From: Devosia sp.
GTDB taxonomy: Bacteria > Pseudomonadota > Alphaproteobacteria > Rhizobiales > Devosiaceae
Assembly (NCBI GenBank): GCA_040007135.1
Contig: JBDTVO010000001.1
Location: forward strand, 1-37,963
DNA: 37,963 nt
Reading direction: 5' to 3'
This document shows, in pieces, positions 18,060 through 25,960 of the stretch. A program made the translations under genes and the position numbers. The notes beneath the pieces are model-generated. The model was not told the DNA's origin, ran no database searches, and saw only the letters and a program-made list of their open reading frames with translations. Positions within the stretch are counted from its first letter, which is position 1. Each line of letters begins with the position of its first letter.

Positions 18060-19859
18060 ATGGCGCTGTTGCTCGATCGGCGGATGCTGGGCCGCGCGGA
18101 TGGCATCATCGACGCCGGCTTGTCTGAGAAAATGGCCGAAGTCGCGGCCGCTCAGATGCATCCGGATACCGGCGAATTCAGCATCGCCATGCTGCGCGCC
18201 TGGCTCGACGAATATGGCGCGATGAGCGCTCGCGGCCACGAGATCGCGGTCGAGACGGCAACGCGGACCTTCGACACGCCCACCGGCCGCGTCACGACCC
18301 GGATCTACAATCCGGGCGAGACGACGCTGACCATCATCTTCCTGCACGGCGGCGGCTGGTCGTTCGGCACCATCGACACGCACGACCACATCACGCGCTG
18401 GCTCGCCGCCGAAACGGGTGGGCAGGTGATCTCGGTCAACTACGACCTGGCGCCGGAGCACCCCTACCCTGCCGCGATGAAGCAGGCGGGGGCGGTGATC
18501 TCGGCGATCATGGGCGAGTCGGGACGGCACCCGGTGTTTGTCGCCGGCGATTCTGCGGGCGCCAACGTCGCGGTGACGGCAATCCTCGACTTGCCGGCGG
18601 CGCTGCGGAAGCGGCTCGCCGGGTTCATCTCGATCTATGGCGCCTATGCGCCGGAGATGACGCTGTCGTCGCACCGGCTCTACGGCGACGGGCGCTTCGG
18701 GCTTTCCGAAGCGCAGATGCGCTGGTTCTGGAACCTCTACGCGCCGCACGTGCCGCCCGAGCATCGCGCCAGGATGCTGAGCCCGATCGGGGCCGACCTC
18801 AGCGACTTTCCACCGACGCTCTGCATCGGCGCCGAGTGCGACCTGCTGCTTGACGACACCCTCGCCTTTTATGGCGAACTCGCCAAGGCGGCGGTCGACG
18901 TGACGCTGTCGCTGTGGTCGAGCCTGCCGCACGGCTGCATGCATTTCGTCGGCGTCATCGACAGTGTCACGGCGGCCGCCGGATCGATCGTGCAGTTCGT
19001 GGACGCGCACCGGCAGCGGGCCCTCCACCTCGAGACGGTGAAGAGCGAGGCACGGCCGGTCGCCGCCACGCCGCCGCCGGGCGAGACGATCGTCGACGTC
19101 GAGCCGCTGTTCACCGGCGGGCGGTCGCGCCTCCACGGTTCGCTGACGCACCGGATCGCCGCCGACATCATCAAGGGCGTGCTGGCGCCGGGGGCGCTGC
19201 TGCCCAACGAGGACAAGGCGAGCGCCTCCTTCGGCGTGTCGCGCAGCGCCTATCGCGAGGCCATCCGGACGCTGGCAGCAAAAGGCCTGGTGCTGGCGCT
19301 GCCCAAAGTGGGGACCAAGATCGCGCCGCGCACAACCTGGCGCATCCTCGACCCCGATGTGCTGGCCTGGCATTTCGAACTGGAGCCGACCGACGAATTC
19401 GTGCGCAACCTGTTCGAATTGCGCAAGATCGTCGAGCCGAGCGCCGCAGCGCTGGCGGCAACGCGGCGCGATGACGGCGAGCTGTCGCGGCTGGCCGATT
19501 CACTGGCCCGCATGGCGCGGATGAACCCGCGCACCGGCGGCTGGCTAAATGCCATCATCGCCTTTCACGAGGAGCTGCTGCTGGCCGCCGGCAATGAAGC
19601 CATTGCGTCGCTATGGCCGGCGGTACAGACAACGCTCCGCTGGTCGGTGAAGCTGCAGATGATGCTGCCGACGCTGTCGCTGGCGCACGATCCGGTCGCC
19701 GACCACGCGCGGGTGTTCGAAAAGATCGCCTCACAGAACGCCGCCGGAGCGCTGGAAGAGATGGCGCTGCTGATCGACTCGGCGCTGCAGGACACGCTCA
19801 ACAACAGCCGGCGGGTAAAGACGGCGCGCGCCGCGCTCGAGGGCGCCCGCGCGTCGTAG
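18060..19859 (+). CDS. Fusion protein: HSL-family alpha/beta hydrolase (esterase) + GntR/FadR regulator (wHTH + FCD)
   Basis: GGAGGAG SD and a single 599-aa ORF. N-half: FLHGGGW, YDLAPEHPYP, GDSAG, ECDLLLDD, PHG. C-half: PGALLPNE...FGVSRSAYREAIRTLAAKGLV...PKVGTKI, LFELRKIVEP, AFHEELL..AGN. Confidence 0.9.
   Translation: MALLLDRRMLGRADGIIDAGLSEKMAEVAAAQMHPDTGEFSIAMLRAWLDEYGAMSARGHEIAVETATRTFDTPTGRVTTRIYNPGETTLTIIFLHGGGWSFGTIDTHDHITRWLAAETGGQVISVNYDLAPEHPYPAAMKQAGAVISAIMGESGRHPVFVAGDSAGANVAVTAILDLPAALRKRLAGFISIYGAYAPEMTLSSHRLYGDGRFGLSEAQMRWFWNLYAPHVPPEHRARMLSPIGADLSDFPPTLCIGAECDLLLDDTLAFYGELAKAAVDVTLSLWSSLPHGCMHFVGVIDSVTAAAGSIVQFVDAHRQRALHLETVKSEARPVAATPPPGETIVDVEPLFTGGRSRLHGSLTHRIAADIIKGVLAPGALLPNEDKASASFGVSRSAYREAIRTLAAKGLVLALPKVGTKIAPRTTWRILDPDVLAWHFELEPTDEFVRNLFELRKIVEPSAAALAATRRDDGELSRLADSLARMARMNPRTGGWLNAIIAFHEELLLAAGNEAIASLWPAVQTTLRWSVKLQMMLPTLSLAHDPVADHARVFEKIASQNAAGALEEMALLIDSALQDTLNNSRRVKTARAALEGARAS
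18120..18130. promoter_or_regulatory. Putative GntR/FadR-type operator, box 3 (inside the fusion gene)
   Basis: TTGTC-T-GAGAA, the exact reverse complement of box 2. Confidence 0.4.
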
Positions 19860-19865
19860 CGCGGG

Positions 19866-22595
19866 CTACCTGGCGGGGAGCAACGCGGGTTCGGCTGCGG
19901 CGGCGTCTTCGCGGGGACCGGCCGGCACCGCGGCGAGTGTGAAGCGGAACAGCGCGCCGCCCCCTGGCGCCTCTTCGACCCAGATACGGCCGCCGTGCTG
20001 GGCGACGATGCGGCGCGAAATGGCGAGGCCGAGGCCGGCGCCCTCGGGCTTGCCGTTCATGGTGTCGCCGAGTTGGCGGAAGCGCTCGAAGACGATGTCG
20101 CGATGTTTCGGCGGAATGCCGGGTCCATTGTCGGCGACCGCCAGCTCGAACTGGTCGCCGGCCCGGCGCAGCGACAGCTCGGCGCGGCCGCTCCCGGGCG
20201 TCGCGAACTTGGCGGCATTGCCGAGCAGGTTGATCACCACCTGCACCAGTCGATCGTGATCGCCGATCACCGGCGCCGCGCGCACATCGATGTGTGTCGT
20301 CAGTGCGACGCCGCGCGTGGCAAAGACCTGCTGCATCGCCGCGGTCGCGTCGCGGGCGGCGTGGACGAGATCGACGGGCGCGAGGGTTGCAGGAGCGCCG
20401 CCCTCGCTGATCCGCGACAGGTCAAGCAACTGGCCGATGAGCCGGGTCAGCCGCTCGGACTCGCCGACGACAACGCGCAGGAACTCCTGGCGATCGCTGT
20501 CGGAAATGTCGGCGTGGTCGCGGAGGATTTCGGAGAAGGCGCGGATCGAGGCGAGCGGGGTGCGCAGCTCGTGGTTGACGGTGGCGATGAAGTCGTCCTT
20601 CAGTCGGTCCAGCTCCTGCAGGCGCTCGTTGGCCTGCTGCAACTCGCCGGTGGCGGCCTCGAGCGCCCTGTTGGTTTCGATCAGGCGCGAGGCTTCGTCG
20701 AGAATGCCCATCACTTCCTCGACGCCGAGCGGCTGCTCCTCGACGATGGCGCCGACCAGGGCTCGCGCCGACGAGGCGCCGATGACGCTGGCCAAGAGGC
20801 GCTCGTAGTAGAGCACGGTCTCGGCGTCGGCGTTGATGGCGGTGGCGGGATCGAGGCCGCGCTCGCGGGCCCAGATGTCGAAGGCGGCGGCGGTGCGCTC
20901 GCGGCCGAGAAAGCGCGAGGCCAGCGACTGCAGGTCGGGGATGAGCGCCGTACGCCGCCAGATGCGCGCCGCCTCGGCAGGATTGTCGGCATCGAGAAAC
21001 AGCGCCGCGTGGGCGCGGTCGACGGGACGCTGGCGGCCCAGCATCGAGACGACCAGCAGCGAGCCGAGATTTGCCAGCAGCGACCAGAACGTCGCGTGGG
21101 TCACCGGATCGAGGCTGGTGAGGCCGAACAACGCATAGGGCCGCAGCAGGTCGATACCGAAGGGACCGACGGCGATGAAGCCGGCCACCGGAGAGACCTG
21201 GGTGAAGGACGGAATGAACAGGGTATAGCACCAGACGGCGAAACCCAGCGAGATGCCGGCGATGGCGCCGGCCTTGGTGGCGCCGCGCCAGAACAGCCCG
21301 GCCAGCAGAGCCGGGGCGAACTGGGCGACCGCGACGAACGACATCAGCCCGATCGACACCAACGTCACCTGGGCATTGTCGTGGCGCATGTAGAGATAAC
21401 CGAGCGCCATCACCGCGACCATGACGCCGCGGCGGACCCAGAGCAGCAGGCGGGTGAGATCGGTGCGCTGCTCGAGGCCGAATGGCTTCACCCGCAGCAG
21501 CGCCGGCATGACGACATCGTTGCACACCATGATCGACAAGGCCGTGGTCTCCACCACCACCATGCTCGCCGCCGCCGAAACGCCGCCGAGGAAGGCGACC
21601 AGCGCCAGCACCGGCTGGTTGGCGAGCAGCGGCAGGGCGAGGACGAGATTGTCGGGGTTGGCCGTGCCGGGCAGCAGCAGCCGGCCGGCCATGGCGATGG
21701 GCAGGACGAAGATGTTGATCAGCAGCAGATAGAGCGGGAACTGCCAGACGGCGCGATCGAGATGCCGCTCGTTGACGTTTTCGACCACCATCACCTGGAA
21801 CTGGCGCGGCAGGCAGAAGCTCGCAAGCAGCGCGAGGAACGTCATTCCAACCCAGCTGAAGCCGTAGTGCTCGGGCGAGCGGGCGAAGATCTGCGCGACC
21901 TCGGGGACGGTGGCGGCCTGGGTGAAGAGATCGCCGAAGCCGTGGAAGAGGCCATAGACGACGAAGAGGCCGATGATGGTGAGGCCGATGAGCTTGAGGA
22001 TCGATTCTGCCGCGATGGCGACGACCATGCCGGGGTGGTGCTCGCCGGGGTGGATGGAGCGGCTGCCGAACAGCATGGCGAAGACGGTGAGTATGGCCGC
22101 GGCCCACAGCGATCCATCGAACCAGAACGGCTGGTTGGCCGGATCGGGCGAGGTCAGGGTGAGCGCCGCAAAGCCGTTCGACACCGATTTCAACTGCAGC
22201 GCGATGTACGGCACGAGGCCGATGACGGCGATGATCGTGACCAGCGCGGCGACACCGCCGGAGCGGCCGAAGCGGGCACCGATGAGATCGGCGATCGAGG
22301 TGATCTGGTTGGCCTTGCTGATCCGCAAGATGCGTCGCAGCAGCAGCGGGCCGAGGCAGAAGGCGAGCGTCGGGCCGAGATAGATGGGGAGAAAATCAAA
22401 GCCGTTGAGGGCGGCGCGGCCGACGCCGCCGTTGAACGTCCACGAGCTGCAGTAAACGGCCAGCGACAGCGTATAGACGAGGCTCGAGCCGGCGATACGA
22501 CCGAGGCGCTTCGAGCCGCTCTCGACCAGCCAGGCGATGGCGAAGAGGACGAGCAGATAGGCGACGGCGACGCCAAGGACCAGCGGCTGGCTCAT
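19866..22595 (-). CDS. SLC5 (sodium:solute symporter)-STAC-histidine kinase sensor (CrbS/CbrA-like), without PAS or receiver domain
   Basis: SSS domain (LSLAVYCSSWTF.G.VG, PYIALQLK, CLPRQFQV), STAC-like helices (LASRFLG..ERLLASVIGASSARALV), H-box VNHELRTPL, N-box NLLGNAAKF, DNGPGI and GAGLGLAIS. Confidence 0.92.
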   Translation of the reverse strand: MSQPLVLGVAVAYLLVLFAIAWLVESGSKRLGRIAGSSLVYTLSLAVYCSSWTFNGGVGRAALNGFDFLPIYLGPTLAFCLGPLLLRRILRISKANQITSIADLIGARFGRSGGVAALVTIIAVIGLVPYIALQLKSVSNGFAALTLTSPDPANQPFWFDGSLWAAAILTVFAMLFGSRSIHPGEHHPGMVVAIAAESILKLIGLTIIGLFVVYGLFHGFGDLFTQAATVPEVAQIFARSPEHYGFSWVGMTFLALLASFCLPRQFQVMVVENVNERHLDRAVWQFPLYLLLINIFVLPIAMAGRLLLPGTANPDNLVLALPLLANQPVLALVAFLGGVSAAASMVVVETTALSIMVCNDVVMPALLRVKPFGLEQRTDLTRLLLWVRRGVMVAVMALGYLYMRHDNAQVTLVSIGLMSFVAVAQFAPALLAGLFWRGATKAGAIAGISLGFAVWCYTLFIPSFTQVSPVAGFIAVGPFGIDLLRPYALFGLTSLDPVTHATFWSLLANLGSLLVVSMLGRQRPVDRAHAALFLDADNPAEAARIWRRTALIPDLQSLASRFLGRERTAAAFDIWARERGLDPATAINADAETVLYYERLLASVIGASSARALVGAIVEEQPLGVEEVMGILDEASRLIETNRALEAATGELQQANERLQELDRLKDDFIATVNHELRTPLASIRAFSEILRDHADISDSDRQEFLRVVVGESERLTRLIGQLLDLSRISEGGAPATLAPVDLVHAARDATAAMQQVFATRGVALTTHIDVRAAPVIGDHDRLVQVVINLLGNAAKFATPGSGRAELSLRRAGDQFELAVADNGPGIPPKHRDIVFERFRQLGDTMNGKPEGAGLGLAISRRIVAQHGGRIWVEEAPGGGALFRFTLAAVPAGPREDAAAAEPALLPAR

Positions 22596-22613
22596 GGCGC
22601 GCTCATCGCCGGC

Positions 22614-22832
22614 TCACGAGGAACCACCGTCGCCCTCGGGCGGAGCGGCGGCGCGGGTTACCAGCGCGACACAGACGATAACCAGGGCCCAGGCGCCGAA
22701 CAGATAGAGGTAGAGCACCGGCCAGCCGAACACGGTGCCGCCGAACAGATTGAGCACCGGCGGATTGAACAGGACGAGGCCGAGGACGAAGAGGCCAATC
22801 ATGCGGTCGCGGCGGGCGGTGCGGCGGAGCAT
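22614..22832 (-). CDS. Small two-TM membrane protein preceding the SLC5 kinase
   Basis: LFVLGLVLFNPPVLNLF..VFGWPVLYLYLFGAWALVI. It starts 1 nt after the receiver stop and ends 18 nt before the kinase start. Confidence 0.8.
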   Translation of the reverse strand: MLRRTARRDRMIGLFVLGLVLFNPPVLNLFGGTVFGWPVLYLYLFGAWALVIVCVALVTRAAAPPEGDGGSS

Positions 22833-22833
22833 C

Positions 22834-23223
22834 TCAGGCGCGCTGCGGCTGGCGCGGGCTGGCGAGGACGCCAGCCACGCAATCGACGACGTCGCTGATG
22901 GCGAAGGGCTTTGTCACATAGGCGTCGGCGCCGGCGGCGAGACCCTTGCTGTGATCGGCGTCGCCGCCGCGGGCTGTGAGCATGATGATGCGAACGTCGT
23001 CGTAGTCGGACGAGGCGCGCAGCTTGCGGCAGACATCGTAGCCATTGGCGCGCGGCATCATCAGGTCGAGGAGGAGGACATCGGGCGTCGCCTCGGCGAT
23101 GGCCGCGAGGGTCGCCTCGCCGTCCGCCGCAACGCGCACGTCGTAGCCTTCGCGCCGCATCAGGAAGGTGAGGGCGCGGAGGATATTGGGGTCGTCGTCG
23201 GCGATGAGGATGGAGGCGGGAAT
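22834..23223 (-). CDS. Stand-alone response regulator receiver protein (apparent ATT start)
   Basis: Frame reads ATT-PASILIADDDPNILRALTFLMRREGYD...LLLDLMMP...IMLTA...YVTKPF. A GGAG SD lies 6 nt before ATT 23223. No in-frame ATG/GTG/TTG lies between it and the upstream TAG (23286-23284). Confidence 0.85.
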   Translation of the reverse strand: MPASILIADDDPNILRALTFLMRREGYDVRVAADGEATLAAIAEATPDVLLLDLMMPRANGYDVCRKLRASSDYDDVRIIMLTARGGDADHSKGLAAGADAYVTKPFAISDVVDCVAGVLASPRQPQRA

Positions 23224-23315
23224 GGCAGGCTCCGTGCGGTCGAAAAAGCCTAAACCCCTTGTATTTGCCCAGCAAGCCTCACACTATCGCGCGTCGGCAT
23301 GCGGGAGGTGTGACG

Positions 23316-24071
23316 ATGCCACTGGATACGCGTGCGACAGATGCGAAGGCGGGGCGGCGGGAGCTGCCCGTTTCGGCATCGCGGTCGCGTATCCTTGTGG
23401 TCGAAGACGACGCCAATATTGCCGAGCTGCTGACGCGCGAGTTGCGCGGGCTGGGCTGCACCGTCGACGGGGTGCGGCTGGGCGGCGATGCGCTGCTCGC
23501 CTCGCGCAGCACCGACTATGCGCTGATGATCGTCGACCTCGGCCTGCCCGATATGGATGGGGTGGAGCTGGTCCGCGAAATCCGCCGGCGGGCGATCGAG
23601 GTTCCAATCCTGATGCTGACGGCTCGACGGCGGGTGGAGGACCGGGTGGTTGGTCTTGCGAGCGGCGCCGACGACTATCTCGGCAAGCCGTTCGCGGTGC
23701 CGGAGATGCGGGCGCGGGTGTTGGCGCTGCTGCGGCGGCCGGCGCGACTGCGCGGCGAACAACTGGCGGTCGCCAATCTCGCCATCGACAGCGAAGCACT
23801 GGAAGCGATGGTCGAGGGCGTCGGGCTGGCGCTGCCGCGCAAGCAGTACCTGCTGCTCGAGCTGCTGGTGCGGCGCAAGCACCACACGACGCCCAAGCGC
23901 ATGATCGAGGAAGCTCTCTACGGCTTCGACGACGCGGTGAGCGCCAACTCGATCGAGGCGCAGGTGTCGAAGCTGCGACGGGCGCTGCGGTTGGCGGGTG
24001 CGGCCATTACCATCGAGACGCGCCGCGGCATCGGCTACCGGCTCAGCAGCCGCGAGGCTGGTGCGCACTAG
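23316..24071 (+). CDS. OmpR/PhoB family DNA-binding response regulator
   Basis: ATG at 23316 with GGGAGGT SD. ILVVEDD, VDLGLPDMDG, MLTA, GADDYLGKPF, and wHTH NSIEAQVSKLRRAL..IETRRGIGY. Confidence 0.94.
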   Translation: MPLDTRATDAKAGRRELPVSASRSRILVVEDDANIAELLTRELRGLGCTVDGVRLGGDALLASRSTDYALMIVDLGLPDMDGVELVREIRRRAIEVPILMLTARRRVEDRVVGLASGADDYLGKPFAVPEMRARVLALLRRPARLRGEQLAVANLAIDSEALEAMVEGVGLALPRKQYLLLELLVRRKHHTTPKRMIEEALYGFDDAVSANSIEAQVSKLRRALRLAGAAITIETRRGIGYRLSSREAGAH

Positions 24072-24073
24072 CG

Positions 24074-24373
24074 ATGGCGCGACGACCGGCGCCGACCCCC
24101 GAAGAGCTGCGCCTGCTCGATCCCGACAGGATGTTTGTCGAGCGGCTTGCCGCTGACCGCGCTGCGCTCGCCACGAGCGTAGCGGCGGGCGACGCGCTGC
24201 GGACCCGGGCGATCGTTCATGGTCTCGCGGGCGCGGCGGGAACTTTCGGGTACACCGCGATCGGCGACATCGCGCTCGAGCTCGACGCGGCGGCCGCAGC
24301 GGGCGAAAATTTGTCCCAGAAGGCCATATTTTCGCTGCTGGAAGCTCTGGAAAGATCGCTGAAGTCAGCTTGA
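24074..24373 (+). CDS. Stand-alone Hpt (histidine phosphotransfer) domain protein
   Basis: 99 aa, Ala/Leu-rich and helical, with VHGLAGAAGTFGY matching the Hpt HxLxGxA motif. ATG lies 2 nt after the regulator stop. Confidence 0.8.
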   Translation: MARRPAPTPEELRLLDPDRMFVERLAADRAALATSVAAGDALRTRAIVHGLAGAAGTFGYTAIGDIALELDAAAAAGENLSQKAIFSLLEALERSLKSA

Positions 24374-24403
24374 GGTCAGCTTCAGGTCAGGTTGTGCTCA
24401 GCC
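24364..24403 (+). promoter_or_regulatory. 11-bp-period direct repeat array, putative OmpR-family binding site
   Basis: GTCAGCTTGAG / GTCAGCTTCAG / GTCAGGTTGTG / CTCAGCC starting at 24364, 24375, 24386 and 24397. Confidence 0.7.
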
Positions 24404-24549
24404 GCCTCCCGTTAACTCGCCTCAGGGACTGGAGGAGACCCGAGTTGCCGGACGCTTGAGGAGGCGACGGTGGCATCGATGTCGGAACTCCCCGCAGCTC
24501 CAAGGAGAAGCGGGCCGCGCTGCGGCTCCGCAATCAGGGAGGATTACGC

Positions 24550-25890
24550 ATGTCTAAGTCGCTAGACCTTGGCGGAGCCGTCAGCCGGCGCGCCGTTTTG
24601 ATCGGCATGGCCGGTGCCGCAGGCGCCATGGCGCTGCCGGAAATCGCCTTCGCCGCCGACTATCCGCCGCTCGGCACGTTCCCCGCCGGCCAAGCGGGCG
24701 ACAGCGTGTTCGTCGGCATCGACGTGCCGCTGACCGGCACCTACGCCGCCGCCGGCGCCGATGAGCAGAAGGGCATCGAGCTCGCCATCGAGCATCTCAA
24801 CAGCGGCGACGATCTGATCAAGGCGATCTCGCCCAAGACCACCAAGGGCGTGCTCGGCAAGACAGTGACGTCGTCGGCTGCGGACGAAGCTGCGAAGGCC
24901 GATATCGCAGTGCAGAACGCCACCAAGTTCGTCCAGGACAACAAGGCCTCGCTGCTGATCGGCTCGGTGTCGTCGGGCACCGCCGTGGCGCTCAACCATT
25001 TCGCGCAGGACCAGAAGGTCATCTACCTGCCGGGCATTTCGGGCTCGAACGACACCACCGGCAAGGACTGCACGCGCTATTCGTTCCGGTCGTGCTTTTA
25101 CGCGTACTCAACCTCGGCGGCACTCGCCCCGGTGCTGATCGACAAGCTGGGCAAGACGCGCAAGGCGGCGTACCTCACCCCCGACTATACCTACGGCCAC
25201 ACCGTCTACGACTCGATGACCAAGTTCACCGAAGCCGGCGGCTGGACCACGGTGACCAACCAGCTGTTCCCGCTCGGCGCCACCGACTATTCGGCCTACG
25301 CGCTCAACATCGCCAATTCCGGCGCCGATACGCTGGTGGTGATCGGCTTCGGCAACGACGCGGTGAACTCGATCAAGCAGGCCAAGCAGTTCGGCCTGCT
25401 CGACAAGATGACGCTGGTCGTTCCCTACATGTCGCCCTACCTCGTGCAGCAGGTCGGGCAGGATTTGATGGCGGGCGTCTACGCCGGCCTCGATTTCTAC
25501 TGGGACATCGGCGACAAGTTCCCGCTGGCCAAGCAGTTCGTCGACAAGTTCGAGGCCAAATACGGCGCCAAGCCGGAGTGGGGCGCACACGCGGGCTACC
25601 TGCAGATCGCGCTCTGGGCCGATGCCGTCGAGACAGCCGGCACCTTCTACCCGCCGGAAGTCATCAAGGCCTATGAGTCGGGCAAGAAATACGCCGACTC
25701 CACGGTCGGTCCGATCTCCTGGCGCGCGGCGGACCACCAGCTCATCCGGCCGGTGATCGTCGTCCAGGGCAAGAAGACCGCCGACATGAAGGGCAAGGAC
25801 GACTTCTATTCGGTGGTCGAGGTCGTGCCCGGCGACGGCATCATGCAGGATCCGAAGGCGTTCGGCTGCATGCTGGGCGAGGCCACCTGA
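24550..25890 (+). CDS. Liv/HAAT-type ABC transporter substrate-binding protein, Tat-exported
   Basis: GGGAGG SD, twin-arginine signal SRRAVLIG...AFA, VGIDVPLTGTYA, GSVSSG and PDYTYG. Confidence 0.92.
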   Translation: MSKSLDLGGAVSRRAVLIGMAGAAGAMALPEIAFAADYPPLGTFPAGQAGDSVFVGIDVPLTGTYAAAGADEQKGIELAIEHLNSGDDLIKAISPKTTKGVLGKTVTSSAADEAAKADIAVQNATKFVQDNKASLLIGSVSSGTAVALNHFAQDQKVIYLPGISGSNDTTGKDCTRYSFRSCFYAYSTSAALAPVLIDKLGKTRKAAYLTPDYTYGHTVYDSMTKFTEAGGWTTVTNQLFPLGATDYSAYALNIANSGADTLVVIGFGNDAVNSIKQAKQFGLLDKMTLVVPYMSPYLVQQVGQDLMAGVYAGLDFYWDIGDKFPLAKQFVDKFEAKYGAKPEWGAHAGYLQIALWADAVETAGTFYPPEVIKAYESGKKYADSTVGPISWRAADHQLIRPVIVVQGKKTADMKGKDDFYSVVEVVPGDGIMQDPKAFGCMLGEAT

Positions 25891-25901
25891 TCTGCTTCTT
25901 A

Positions 25902-25934
25902 TCGCCCGGCGATGCCGCTAGGCTCGCCGGGCGA
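25902..25934 (+). terminator. Intercistronic hairpin after the SBP gene (mRNA stabiliser or partial terminator)
   Basis: TCGCCCGGCGA...TCGCCGGGCGA perfect 11-bp stem with only a weak U tail. Confidence 0.6.
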
Positions 25935-25960
25935 ATTGTATCCAAGGGGAGAGCGACAGC

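Noticed and set aside
19995-22898. 967-aa + strand ORF
   Set aside because: Antisense shadow of the SLC5 kinase. It has no motifs, and such ORFs are expected in high-GC DNA.
23168-24373. 401-aa ORF as one protein
   Set aside because: Only the last 99 aa (from ATG 24074) resemble a protein (Hpt). The rest overlaps the OmpR-type gene in another frame.
24364-24403. Repeat array as CRISPR or VNTR
   Set aside because: The units are 11 bp, degenerate and without spacers, and no cas genes are present. A regulator binding site fits better.
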